Shown here: positions 25,813 through 35,325 of the stretch, piece after piece
Position numbering within the stretch: position 1 is the stretch's first letter
Layout of the letters: each line of letters starts with the position of its first letter
Assembly (NCBI GenBank): GCA_003140175.1
Contig: PLJD01000054.1
Span: 1,294 to 65,293 of the forward strand
DNA: 64,000 nt
DNA from: Actinomycetota bacterium
GTDB lineage: Bacteria; Actinomycetota; Acidimicrobiia; IMCC26256; PALSA-555
Reading direction: 5' to 3'
Notes under the pieces: model-generated
Databases searched by the model: none
Seen by the model: the letters and a program-made list of their open reading frames with translations, nothing else
What the model was told of the DNA's origin: nothing
Position numbers and translations under genes: made by a program

Positions 25813-25967
25813 GCGGCGTGAGCCCCTGCCCGTCTTCTACCATCCGCGCACGTTTGCTGCGCTCGGCATCGACGAACAAGCGGAACAGGGCTACCGGCTT
25901 CCACATGTCTGGTGCCACGACATGAAATGGAAGTCGAAGTTCTCGACCGAATCGCGGTGTCCGTCTA

Positions 25968-27368
25968 TCACCCGGGTTGTGACAAGTCGGCCCGCACCGC
26001 CCGCCGCAGCACCTTGCCGGTTGGGGTGTGCGGCAGCTCCGTGACAACGACGAGGACCTCGGGCGTCTTGAGCGTACCGAGTCGCGCCAGCACGAACCCT
26101 CGTAGCTCTTCGGCGTCGATCGTGTCGCCGTCGCGAGGCACCACCATCGCCCCGATCCGTTCCCCCCATTCCTCGTCGGGGACGCCCACCACCGCCGCGG
26201 CGGCGACGCTCGGGTGGCGCAATAGCGTGTCCTCAATCTCGGCAGGCGCCAGGTTCTCGCCGCCGCGGATGATGGTGTCGTCGGCGCGCCCGTCGACGAA
26301 GACGTAGCCGTCTTCGTCGATCCGCCCGCGGTCGCCGGTGCGTAGCCATTCCTCTTTGTCACGCTGTGGGCCGTTCCCGAGGTAGTCGCCCGACACCTGG
26401 TCGCCGCGCACCTGGATCTCGCCATCGACGACGCGCAACTCGACCCCGGGCACCGGACGGCCGACCGATCCGAGCCGTGACCGTGCTGCCGGGTCGCCTG
26501 CCGCGAGCGCTGCCCGGTGATCGTCAGGGCCGAGGACACACACAGTGCTACTGGTCTCGGTCAAGCCGTAGGCGTTCGCGAACGCGGTGTCTGGGAACAG
26601 TTCGAGGGCCCGCTCGATCACCGGCATTGGCATGCGTGCGCCGCCGTACGCAAGGTGACGCAACGACGGCGCGCGCAGCGCGGGGTCGGCTTCCATCGCG
26701 GCAATTATGCGGGCAAGCATCGTCGGGACAAGGAAAGCGTGGGTGACCCGCTCGTCCCGGGCGAGCCGGAGCCATGCCTCGGGAGCGAAGTGGGGGAGCG
26801 GCACCATCCGCCGCCCGGCGTACGTCGATGAGAGCACCGCTGCCACCCCGGCGACGTGGAACGGCGGGACCGCGACGAGGACGGCTTCGTCTTCGGCCGC
26901 AGCGGCGAACTCGACCGTGTTGAGAATGTACGCGGTCAGCTGGTCGTGCCGCAGCGCCGCAGCTTTCGGCTCCGCGGTCGTGCCGCTCGTGTAGAGCAAG
27001 ACCGCCGGCAGCTCGGGGTCGTCCGGGAAGGTCCGGCCAGGGTCCGGCGGCAGCGCGAGCCATGCCTCCTCGGCGACGGTGACGGGAGCGAGCCGCCTGA
27101 CCAGCTCCTCTCGGCTGGCCGGTGGTAAGCGGTAGTTCAGGGGCGCGTACGGGACGCCGGCCCAAGCTGACCCGAACAGTGCGGCGGGGACGAGCGCCGA
27201 AAGTTCGCCGTCGAGCGCGACTGTCTGCGGTTCGGCCGCGAGCGCAGCCGCGATAGCGGTGGCCTGCCAGCGCAGCTCCGCGTAGGTCACGCTCCGGTCG
27301 TGTCCGCCCATCGCGATCCGGTCGCCGAATCCGTCGGCGGCCATCTCGAGGAGCATGGCGATGTTCAT
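25968..27368 (-). CDS. AMP-dependent synthetase/ligase (acyl-CoA synthetase)
   Basis: YTSGTTAEPKAA (A3 core), TGDRGRIDEDGYVFVDGRADDTIIRGGENL (A8) and PTGKVLRR (A10). Confidence 0.85.
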   Translation of the reverse strand: MNIAMLLEMAADGFGDRIAMGGHDRSVTYAELRWQATAIAAALAAEPQTVALDGELSALVPAALFGSAWAGVPYAPLNYRLPPASREELVRRLAPVTVAEEAWLALPPDPGRTFPDDPELPAVLLYTSGTTAEPKAAALRHDQLTAYILNTVEFAAAAEDEAVLVAVPPFHVAGVAAVLSSTYAGRRMVPLPHFAPEAWLRLARDERVTHAFLVPTMLARIIAAMEADPALRAPSLRHLAYGGARMPMPVIERALELFPDTAFANAYGLTETSSTVCVLGPDDHRAALAAGDPAARSRLGSVGRPVPGVELRVVDGEIQVRGDQVSGDYLGNGPQRDKEEWLRTGDRGRIDEDGYVFVDGRADDTIIRGGENLAPAEIEDTLLRHPSVAAAAVVGVPDEEWGERIGAMVVPRDGDTIDAEELRGFVLARLGTLKTPEVLVVVTELPHTPTGKVLRRAVRADLSQPG

Positions 27369-27386
27369 GACCGAATGTTCGGTCGG

Positions 27387-27530
27387 TCAGTCAGACGAGG
27401 GCAAGGGTTTGGCCTGGGCGACCTCCATGGCCTCGCCGTGGCAGGTGAGTTGTCCGTCACCGGCCTTGGTGATCAGCACCGTCGCGCCGCACGCCGCGCA
27501 CTGGTAGCGCTTCCCAAGCAGGTTCGACAC
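27387..27530 (-). CDS. Mini zinc-ribbon protein, desulfoferrodoxin-N-terminal-like (not in the ORF track, 47 aa)
   Basis: My own translation gives VSNLLGKRYQCAACGATVLITKAGDGQLTCHGEAMEVAQAKPLPSSD* with GAGGAG just upstream. It has a CxxC...C-H metal-site layout. Confidence 0.5.
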   Translation of the reverse strand: MSNLLGKRYQCAACGATVLITKAGDGQLTCHGEAMEVAQAKPLPSSD

Positions 27531-27536
27531 GGCTCC

Positions 27537-27662
27537 TCAATCCTCGCGGAGGCTCATCGGCTCGTTGCAGCAATGGAGCTCAGTTTCGCTGCTCGTCACG
27601 ACGATGATCTCGGTGCTGCAGCGTTGGCAACGCAGGCGCGTGCCCACCTCTGTCGGCGTCAT
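27537..27662 (-). CDS. Mini zinc-ribbon protein, paralogue of the downstream 47-aa gene (41 aa)
   Basis: MTPTEVGTRLRCQRCSTEIIVVTSSETELHCCNEPMSLRED* has a CxxC...CC layout. Its stop lies 6 nt before the next start. Confidence 0.45.
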   Translation of the reverse strand: MTPTEVGTRLRCQRCSTEIIVVTSSETELHCCNEPMSLRED

Positions 27663-27738
27663 CGAGTTAGCTGCGTTATCAGATCCGTCGCCGCCGGACC
27701 GCCCGAGTTCGGTCGACCGTCCCTTTGGCGTGCGAGCG

Positions 27739-29037
27739 TCATGGTCTCGAGCGTGCGCCGACGGCGGCGGCGCCGCCCGCGAACGCCTGAAATGCTTCGA
27801 TGTCACTGGCATCTGGCTGCCGGCCGACCCTCGTCACCGTGTCGACGTCGGCCGCTTCCGCGCGCAGTGACCCCGCCGTCGCGGACTCCCTCGACCGCGA
27901 CGCGAAGGGATCGAACTGGAAGTGACGCATCGCGTTCCCGTACGTGATCTTGGCAACGGTCTCGGCATCGACCTTGTCCATCAGCTCGGCAACACATTCC
28001 GGACCGTGCGGCCAGAGGGAGTCGCTGTGCGGGAAATCGGACTCCCAGCAGACGTTCTCGATGTTCAAACGGTCGAGCAACTGCACGCCGACCTCGTCGG
28101 TGATGAAGCACGTGATGATCCGTTCGAGGAAGAGCTCGCTTGGACGTCGGCCGTCCGCGAACTTCTGGCCGGTCCAACCGGAGTGACGGTCCTGCACGTG
28201 GTCGGCCCGCTGGAGGAAATAGGGGATCCAGCCGATGTCACCTTCCGTGAGGGCGAAGCGCAGGTCGGGATAGCGCGCCCAGAAGTCGGCCCAGATCAGG
28301 TCCGCCAACGTGAAGGCGGCTGCGACCGCGGGGAGCGTCATCGCCACGCTCGGTGGGGCATCCGGCGTCGTGGTGGTGCGCTTCGCCGACGAGCCCACGT
28401 GACAGCAGAGGACGGTGCCGGTGTCGCTCGCCGCGGCGAACACTGGGTCCCAGAATCCGCTGTGAATCGAGGGCGCGCCGAAGGCCGTCGGGTTCTCGGA
28501 GAACGTCACGGCATGGCAGCCCGCAGCCGCGAGTCGACGGATCTCGGCCGCGGCAAGGTCGGCATCCCACATCGGCAGGACTCCGCAGGGGATGAAGCGA
28601 TCGGGATATGCCGCGCACCACTCGTCCAGATGCCAGTCGTTGTAGGCGCGGATCATCACGAGGTTGGTGTCCCGGTCGGGTCCTTGGCTCAACACCGGCG
28701 CCGCGAAGCCTGGCCAGTTCGGGAAGTTCAGCCCCGCGAGCTGACCTCCGGCGGACATGTCTCGAACCCGCTCGTGGACGTCGTAGCAGCCCGGCCGCAT
28801 CTCCTCGTAGCGTGCCGGGTTCACGTTGAACATCTCGCGCGGCTTGCCGGCGACGGCATTCAGCCCGAGATTGCGGCCGCGGACTTCGCCGTACCACCAC
28901 TGCTGGTTGCCGTCGTCGTCGGTGAGCACGCGGGGCGCGTGCTCGCGGTAGCGCTCCGGGACGTGACCATCGAACATGTCGGGGGGCTCGCAGATGTGAT
29001 CATCGACGCTGATGAGAATCAGTTCATCGGGCTGCAT
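27739..29037 (-). CDS. Amidohydrolase_2 (ACMSD-type metal-dependent hydrolase/decarboxylase) family protein
   Basis: N-terminal ISVDDHICEP (metal-binding D/H-x-H-like motif) and a ..CWESDFPHSD.. C-terminal motif. Confidence 0.8.
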   Translation of the reverse strand: MQPDELILISVDDHICEPPDMFDGHVPERYREHAPRVLTDDDGNQQWWYGEVRGRNLGLNAVAGKPREMFNVNPARYEEMRPGCYDVHERVRDMSAGGQLAGLNFPNWPGFAAPVLSQGPDRDTNLVMIRAYNDWHLDEWCAAYPDRFIPCGVLPMWDADLAAAEIRRLAAAGCHAVTFSENPTAFGAPSIHSGFWDPVFAAASDTGTVLCCHVGSSAKRTTTTPDAPPSVAMTLPAVAAAFTLADLIWADFWARYPDLRFALTEGDIGWIPYFLQRADHVQDRHSGWTGQKFADGRRPSELFLERIITCFITDEVGVQLLDRLNIENVCWESDFPHSDSLWPHGPECVAELMDKVDAETVAKITYGNAMRHFQFDPFASRSRESATAGSLRAEAADVDTVTRVGRQPDASDIEAFQAFAGGAAAVGARSRP

Positions 29038-29143
29038 TTGCCTGAGCCTCCGTCGTCGAGGTGTCGACGCCGGAACGAGTGGGCAGCGTCGACGGGTACA
29101 CGTACGCCTCTATAGTGCACCGATACAATTGGACAGAAAGCCG

Positions 29144-29788
29144 ATGCGATTCCATCCGGGTGTTCAGGGTCGCGCCACCGAGATGGCAGACCTCGCGCAG
29201 GCCGTTCGCCGCCTCGTCGCGGCTACCATGCTCAACCGAGGCGAGCCTGCTGAGCTCGTGGCTTGCACGCGCGAGCTCGCGATGCTCGCGGATCGACTCG
29301 AGGCGCAGATCCCGAGTCCACCACCGCCGCTGACCGACGTCGAGGCGGGCGGCACGATGGTCGACGGCGCCTCGATGTCCGAGGCGCTGGCCTTCGACGT
29401 CGTCATCGGTCGCTACAGTCCGTTGGCGCTCCCGGTGGAGATCGAGTTCGACCCGCCACGCGCGTTGGGTCGGGCAGTGTTCACGGCGCCCTACGAGGGA
29501 CCTCCCGGCTGCGTGCATGGCGCAGTCATCGCGGCCACGTTCGACATCGTCCTGACGGCCGCGAACGTCGTGGGCGGCATGCCGGGGCTCACCGCATCGT
29601 TGAGCACGAGGTTCGCCCGCCCGATCCTCCTGAACGAGCCGACCACGTTCGAAGCGACAGTCGTGCGCATGGAAGGTCGGCGTATCCACACGCGCGGACA
29701 GGCGGTCCAGCATGGAGTCGTGGCTGCCGACTCCGAAGGAGTGTTCGTGCACGTCGATCGGGAGCCCGATCGGCCGCGTTCGACCTGA
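29144..29788 (+). CDS. Hotdog-fold (PaaI-like) thioesterase, long form
   Basis: ..PPGCVHGAVIAATFDIVL.. core with a C-terminal beta-sheet region. The start (29144 or 29183) is uncertain. Confidence 0.65.
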   Translation: MRFHPGVQGRATEMADLAQAVRRLVAATMLNRGEPAELVACTRELAMLADRLEAQIPSPPPPLTDVEAGGTMVDGASMSEALAFDVVIGRYSPLALPVEIEFDPPRALGRAVFTAPYEGPPGCVHGAVIAATFDIVLTAANVVGGMPGLTASLSTRFARPILLNEPTTFEATVVRMEGRRIHTRGQAVQHGVVAADSEGVFVHVDREPDRPRST

Positions 29789-29911
29789 GCGCCATCGCTC
29801 CATGGTGGGGCTGCTGCACTCGTGGCGGCCTCGGCGCCCGAGAGGCGTCCAACTGGGCTTGCGACAACTATGGGATACGCGCAGCGGGTGCCGTCGTGAG
29901 GAGCGAAACCA

Positions 29912-31036
29912 GTGGATCGGGACCTGACCGAAGACCAGGTGATGTTCCACGCGACGACGCGGAAGTTCCTCGAGCGAGTGTCGCCGATGGCGCGTGTTCG
30001 AGAGCTCTGGGCGAGCGAGGTCGGATACGACCGGGCCGCGTGGAAGCAGGCCGCTGATCTGGGTTGGTTCGCGGCTTTCGTTCCGGAGCAGGACGGTGGC
30101 GGAAGTGTCTCCGGTCGTCCCGTCGCGGATGCGAGCATCGTGATCGAGGAGGTGGGCCGGGCGCTCTTCCCCGGTCCGGTCGTGCCGACGAACGTCGTCG
30201 CGTATGCCATCGCCCAGAACGGCTCGGCCGGACAGCGATCGGAGCACCTTCCCGCCATCGTCGCCGGCGAGAGTACCGGTGCGTGGGCGTTCGCCGAATC
30301 GAACGACCGCTGGGACGGCGAAGGGGTCCAGCTCGAGGCGACGCCGGTGGACGGCGGATTCCGGCTCACGGGAACCAAGTCGTGCGTCCAGGACGCTGTG
30401 TCCGCCGATCTTCTGCTTGTCAGTGCTCGTAGCCCCGCGGGGCTGACACAGTTTCTCGTTCCCGACGGAACGCCGGGTGTCCGAATGACGCCGCTCGACT
30501 CGTTGGATGTCGGCCGCCGGTTCGCGAGCGTCGTGTTCGACGGCGCGCTGCTGCCACCGCACGCTGTGCTCGGCGAGGTCGGCCATGCAAGCGCAGCGAT
30601 CGAGCAGCAGCGAGACATCGCGGCTGTCCTCGTCTGCGCGGAGACTGTTGGCGCGGTGGATCAGGTCTTCGACATGACACTTGAATACGCGCGTATGCGC
30701 AAGGCATTCGGCCGGCCGATCGGCTCGTACCAGGCGATCAAGCATCGATTCGCGGATATGCTCCTCTGGCTGGAGACCTCGAAGGCCATTACCGTCGCCG
30801 CGGTCGGCGCGGTGGACCACGATGCTGATCGTGCGGAGTACGCCAGCAGCGCGAAGTCGTACGTCAGTGATCGCGGGCCGGCGATCGTGCGGGATTGCCT
30901 GCAGATCCACGGCGGCATCGGCTACACGTGGGAGTACGACCTCCATGCCTTCCTTCGACGGATCGATTCGAACGCAGCTCTCTTCGGCGGGTCGGCGCGC
31001 CATGAAGACCGGATTGCCGAGCTCGTCGGATTGTGA
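29912..31036 (+). CDS. Acyl-CoA dehydrogenase family protein (GG-I-GYTWE type)
   Basis: Acyl-CoA dehydrogenase N-terminal, middle and C-terminal pattern. The C-terminal IHGGIGYTWEYDLHAFLRR resembles the gene at 34183-35325. Confidence 0.85.
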   Translation: MDRDLTEDQVMFHATTRKFLERVSPMARVRELWASEVGYDRAAWKQAADLGWFAAFVPEQDGGGSVSGRPVADASIVIEEVGRALFPGPVVPTNVVAYAIAQNGSAGQRSEHLPAIVAGESTGAWAFAESNDRWDGEGVQLEATPVDGGFRLTGTKSCVQDAVSADLLLVSARSPAGLTQFLVPDGTPGVRMTPLDSLDVGRRFASVVFDGALLPPHAVLGEVGHASAAIEQQRDIAAVLVCAETVGAVDQVFDMTLEYARMRKAFGRPIGSYQAIKHRFADMLLWLETSKAITVAAVGAVDHDADRAEYASSAKSYVSDRGPAIVRDCLQIHGGIGYTWEYDLHAFLRRIDSNAALFGGSARHEDRIAELVGL

Positions 31037-31122
31037 CTTGTCGAGGCGGGCCCGCCTAGTGCGTTCGTTGCACATTTCCGTGCCGAAGTCGGGGATCTGA
31101 CCTCCGCACGGCGGCGTAGCGG

Positions 31123-32133
31123 TCAGTAGCACGCCCTTCGCGATCGGTTCTCGACCGAGTCGGCGAAGCGAAGCCAGAACGCCGCCCGGCGACGCGCTTC
31201 GTCCGCCACCTCGTAGATCCGGCTCAGCGGGACGGCCCTCGAGCGCTCCTCCGGGTCCACCGCCGAGGTATCGGTCCGCTCGAAGAACTCTGCGACCTCG
31301 GCCGCGTCGTTTCGGGACGTGAAGGCGCTGTCGGCACGCCATGTCCGTTCCCTGCGACGCGTGAACGCGCCTTGCACGACGGCAGGAGCCCGCGGGTCCC
31401 GGTCAAGGCAACCTTGCTCAGCCATCGAAGCCCGGACCCTGCGCACTGTCTCGGGCGAGACGCCGATTGGTCCGGCGATGGCCCGCAACGAGCCCCGTGG
31501 GTTCTCCTTGATCGCCGCCGCGATCCTGGCGCGCTGGGCTCGCGCGTCGAGCGGTCGAACCCTACCGTCGCGCCCGATCCGTGCTTCGGTACCGTTGACG
31601 CGGATGCCACCGACGGTCTCACGCAGCGTCGCTCGCACGTCGCCGACCGTCTTCGGCGGGATGCGACACAGCTCGCCGATCCTGCGATCGGACCAGTCCG
31701 GGTGCAGGCAGAGCATGCGCCGCGCGGCCTCGCAGCGTTCGGATCGGCCCAGTCCGACCTCGCCGCTCATGTTTAAGCGGATGAACTCGACGATGGCGTC
31801 CGCCTCGTCGCCGTCGAACCAGCGGACGTTCATCCGAGAGATCCCTAGCGCCTTGGCGGTGCGAACTCGCCGGTGACCGTCGACGACGGCACGGGTCGCA
31901 CGGGCAACGACGATGGGCTGCCAGCCCGCCGGGTCGGTGAGTGTCGTCGGTTCGCTCTCGGCACCCGCCTGGTCCCGGATCGACAGACCGGTCGTCAACG
32001 AGGCGACCGACACGACCCCGGTCTCGTCGGGTGCCGGATCCCCGTCGCCACATCGGTCCGGTACGCCGTAGAGATGACGGTAGGTGGTCGCGATGGCTCG
32101 TTCCGAAGTACTCACGTCGAACTCCCCCGGCAC
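31123..32133 (-). CDS. ParB/Srx N-terminal-domain protein with C-terminal HTH segments (StrR-like regulator architecture)
   Basis: PIVVARATRAVVDGHRRVRTAKALG carries the ParB-box DGHHR-like motif, followed by HTH-like IGELCRIPPKTVGDV and LRAIAGPIGVSPETVRRV. Confidence 0.6.
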   Translation of the reverse strand: MPGEFDVSTSERAIATTYRHLYGVPDRCGDGDPAPDETGVVSVASLTTGLSIRDQAGAESEPTTLTDPAGWQPIVVARATRAVVDGHRRVRTAKALGISRMNVRWFDGDEADAIVEFIRLNMSGEVGLGRSERCEAARRMLCLHPDWSDRRIGELCRIPPKTVGDVRATLRETVGGIRVNGTEARIGRDGRVRPLDARAQRARIAAAIKENPRGSLRAIAGPIGVSPETVRRVRASMAEQGCLDRDPRAPAVVQGAFTRRRERTWRADSAFTSRNDAAEVAEFFERTDTSAVDPEERSRAVPLSRIYEVADEARRRAAFWLRFADSVENRSRRACY

Positions 32134-32271
32134 ACGATTCTAACTGTAGTTTGACAGATGAAGGTCCGATTTGGCAAGGGATTTGGGGGGTCCGGCCGCC
32201 GTGGGCGGCCACGACAGACCCCGTAACCAGGGTGCCGATCCGTCTACATTGACGGCGCAGACGGGAGGCGC

Positions 32272-32937
32272 GTGGCAAGAAGACGACGGTCCGTCGACGA
32301 GCTGGACGACCTCAGCACTAAGCGAGGGACGCTCAACGAAAAGCGCTGGGAGGAGATCCTCGACGCTGCGGCGGAGGAGTTCAACGAGCGCGGGTATCGG
32401 GCGGCGAGGCTCCAGGACATCGGCTGCCGCGTCGGCCTACTGACCGGGAGTCTCTACTACTACATCGACTCCAAGGAAGACCTGCTCTTCGCGCTCGCGA
32501 AATCCAGCCTGGAGCTCGGTCTCGCAGCCGCCGTCGAGGACGAGGTGATCGCGAACAGCGACGCAGTCACCCGGCTTCACTCGTTCATCCAGCGGCAGAT
32601 GCAGATCATGGGCCGCCTGCGAGGTCCCGCTGGGGGCATGCTGCGCGAGCTCGCTTCGCTCTCAGCGGAGCATCGAGAGCAGATCGACTCGATGCGACGT
32701 CAGCTGCACGCCTTCGTGCGCGGGATCATCGAGCAGGGGATGGAAGACAGCGACTTCGATCCTGCCGTAGACGTCGGCGTCGCGACGAACACGCTATTCG
32801 AGCTCCTCAACACCACGCGGGAGTGGGTCAAGCAGGGACGTCTGGGGATGTCGGAGATCGGCGACTGGTACACGCGCATGCTGGTTCGCGGCCTCGTGCG
32901 ACGGGAGTCCCTCGACCGCCTGCCCTCGTCGATCTGA
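32272..32937 (+). CDS. TetR/AcrR-family transcriptional regulator
   Basis: ILDAAAEEFNERGYRAARLQDIGCRVGLLTGSLYYYIDSKEDLL is a canonical TetR N-terminal HTH. Confidence 0.85.
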   Translation: MARRRRSVDELDDLSTKRGTLNEKRWEEILDAAAEEFNERGYRAARLQDIGCRVGLLTGSLYYYIDSKEDLLFALAKSSLELGLAAAVEDEVIANSDAVTRLHSFIQRQMQIMGRLRGPAGGMLRELASLSAEHREQIDSMRRQLHAFVRGIIEQGMEDSDFDPAVDVGVATNTLFELLNTTREWVKQGRLGMSEIGDWYTRMLVRGLVRRESLDRLPSSI

Positions 32938-32953
32938 GTACGCTCGCTCTGGA

Positions 32954-34186
32954 TCAAACCCGGCGGGCGTTCCGCAGCACCTCGCTGAACGGGACGTCAC
33001 GGTCGGGGGCCGATTCCCGAGGAAGCCCGAGCAGGCGCTCGCTGATGATGTTGCGCTGCATCTCGTTGGTGCCTCCGGAAATAGTGCCGCCGCGGGATTC
33101 GAGCCAGGTCGTACCGACGTTGTCGTATTGCACTTCTTCGCCGTCCCAGATGACACCGTCGGCGCCCCACGCGGCGAGGGCGGTCCGCACTGACGCCTGC
33201 GCGGCGACCGTCGACTGCAGCTTCGTGAGCGATCCCCACCGCCCACTGTGGGTGCCTACGCGGAGCCCTGCCATCACCCGGGTGCTCGTCAGCGGCGCGA
33301 CGACCGACTCGATGTAGGTCTCGACGATCGCCTCACCGACGGAATCGAGTGCCGAACGTCGTCTCGCCGCCGCGAGGGATCTCATCGCCGGTTCGCCACC
33401 GAACATCCGCTTCGGGCCGCGATCGCGTCGACCGAGATAGCCGTAGCCGATGTTACCGACGGTGTTCCGCTCGTGCAGGAGGAGCGTCTGCGCGACGGCC
33501 CACCCGTCGTTCTCCTCACCGATTAGGTACTCGATAGGAAGGACGACGTTGTCGAAGAACTCCTCGGAGAAGTCGCTCGTGAGCCCGCTCGCCGAACGCG
33601 TCTGCTGGATCGTGATACCTGGGACGCCCTTGAGCGGCACCGCGATCATTGACAGGCCGCGATGCTTGGGCGCGTCCCAGTCGGAACGGCAGAGGCAGAG
33701 GCCGAAGTCGGCCTCATGGGCACCGCTGCTCCACATCTTCGACCCGTGCAGGACGTAGGTGTCGCCGTCGCGTGTCAGCCGCGTCGTCGCCCCGGCCATG
33801 TCCGACCCGCCTTGTGGCTCGGAGAGCAACTGCACCCAGAGCGTGTCCCCGCGCAGCAGTGGTGGCAGGAACCGCAGCTGCGCGTCCTCCGAGCCGTGGT
33901 CGAGGATCGTGGGACCGAGCATCCCGATCGAGACGCGGTTGCCGGTCGGAACCTGCCGGTCCTGTGCGGTGGCCTCGTCGTAGAACGCCTTCTGATGGTC
34001 GAGCGTCAGACCGGCACCACCGTATGCACGCGGAAACGCGATGCCGGCGAAACCGTGGTCGAACAGGAGACGTTGCAGGTCGCGGGTTTCGACATGCTCG
34101 TCGTTCCAGCGGGGCAGGTCGCGCTCGATCCAGCGTGCCGCACGAGCACGGAAGGCCTCGACCGACTCGGTCTCCTGGGCGTTCAT
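32954..34186 (-). CDS. Acyl-CoA dehydrogenase family protein (GGTNEMQRN type)
   Basis: Acyl-CoA dehydrogenase pattern with C-terminal GGTNEMQRNIISERLLGLPRE. It overlaps the upstream acyl-CoA dehydrogenase gene by 4 nt. Confidence 0.85.
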   Translation of the reverse strand: MNAQETESVEAFRARAARWIERDLPRWNDEHVETRDLQRLLFDHGFAGIAFPRAYGGAGLTLDHQKAFYDEATAQDRQVPTGNRVSIGMLGPTILDHGSEDAQLRFLPPLLRGDTLWVQLLSEPQGGSDMAGATTRLTRDGDTYVLHGSKMWSSGAHEADFGLCLCRSDWDAPKHRGLSMIAVPLKGVPGITIQQTRSASGLTSDFSEEFFDNVVLPIEYLIGEENDGWAVAQTLLLHERNTVGNIGYGYLGRRDRGPKRMFGGEPAMRSLAAARRRSALDSVGEAIVETYIESVVAPLTSTRVMAGLRVGTHSGRWGSLTKLQSTVAAQASVRTALAAWGADGVIWDGEEVQYDNVGTTWLESRGGTISGGTNEMQRNIISERLLGLPRESAPDRDVPFSEVLRNARRV

Positions 34187-35325
34187 GCCGTCTCCTCACT
34201 CGTCGACAGAAGGCTCAGTAGGTGGTGCTTGTGCTCCTCGGGCGTCCCGAATATGGCTCGGTCGACGACCGCCCGGCGGTTGTAGAGGTGGATGTCGTGC
34301 TCCCACGTAACGCCCATGCCGCCGGTGATCTGGACGCAGTCGTCGACGGTGTCCAGGGCATGGGTGCCTACGTAGGCCTTCGTCACGCTGGAGAAGCGTT
34401 CGACGTCGGCAGCATCACCGTCAATCGCGTCGGCGAGCGCGTCGGTGACGGCCTTGGAGCCTTCGAGATGCACCGTCATGTCTGCGATCCGATGTTTCAG
34501 GGCTTGGAACGACATGATCGGCCGGCCGAAGGCGAGGCGCTCCAGGCCGTATTCGATCGTGAACTCCAGCGTGCGGTCTGCGACGCCCACGAGTTCGGCG
34601 CACTGCAGCGCGAGCGCGAGCCGGAGCTGCTGGGCGATCCGATCGGCGGCCTCACCAACGTTGCCGACGACGGCGCTCCTCGGCAGACGCACACCCTCGA
34701 ACCGCACTGAGCCGAATCGCCGAGTCGCGTCGAGGCTTCGCCCGAGCGTCGCGTGGACGCCGGGCGCATCGAGAGGGACGAGCACCTGGGTGAGCCCGGC
34801 AGCCGAACGTGCCGAGACGAGCACCTGCTCGGCAGCACCGAGCGCTTCGACGTACGCCTTCGCGCCTTCGACGACGATGTCGCCGCCGGACGCGGTCGCC
34901 GTGGTCCTGACCGCGTCGACGTCCCATCGGCCATGCGGTTCGCAGAGGGCCCACGTCGCGACCAGCTCTCCCGAGATCAGACCGGGTAGTACCGACGACT
35001 GCTGCTCGTCGCTTCCCTCGGCCGCGAGCGTGGCTGCGACGACGTTCACCGGGAGGAACGGCCCGGGTGCCACGAGTCGACCCATCTCCTCGGCCACGAT
35101 GACGGCGTCGGCCACCGGCCGACCCGACAGCGTCCCGCCGCCCAGTCGATCGGGGACCAGTACCGACGTCCACCCGAGCTCGGCGGCCCGGCGCCACCAG
35201 GCGCGATCGAAGCCCTCGCGGGAGTCGTAGAGCTCGCGGACGACCGTGAGCGGCGCCTCCGCTTCGAGAAACCTGCGGCTTGAGCTGCGAAAGAGTTCCT
35301 GCGCCTCGCTCAGCTCAACCTGCAT
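34183..35325 (-). CDS. Acyl-CoA dehydrogenase family protein (GGMGVTWE type)
   Basis: ATG at 35325 (MQVELSEAQELFRSSSRRFLE). The C-terminus has ITGGMGVTWEHDIHLYNRR. Confidence 0.85.
   Translation of the reverse strand: MQVELSEAQELFRSSSRRFLEAEAPLTVVRELYDSREGFDRAWWRRAAELGWTSVLVPDRLGGGTLSGRPVADAVIVAEEMGRLVAPGPFLPVNVVAATLAAEGSDEQQSSVLPGLISGELVATWALCEPHGRWDVDAVRTTATASGGDIVVEGAKAYVEALGAAEQVLVSARSAAGLTQVLVPLDAPGVHATLGRSLDATRRFGSVRFEGVRLPRSAVVGNVGEAADRIAQQLRLALALQCAELVGVADRTLEFTIEYGLERLAFGRPIMSFQALKHRIADMTVHLEGSKAVTDALADAIDGDAADVERFSSVTKAYVGTHALDTVDDCVQITGGMGVTWEHDIHLYNRRAVVDRAIFGTPEEHKHHLLSLLSTSEETA

Noticed and set aside
29024-31342. 772-aa minus-strand ORF spanning the thioesterase and acyl-CoA dehydrogenase genes
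   Set aside because: It is antisense to two well-supported genes, has no recognisable domains and shows GC-driven absence of stops.
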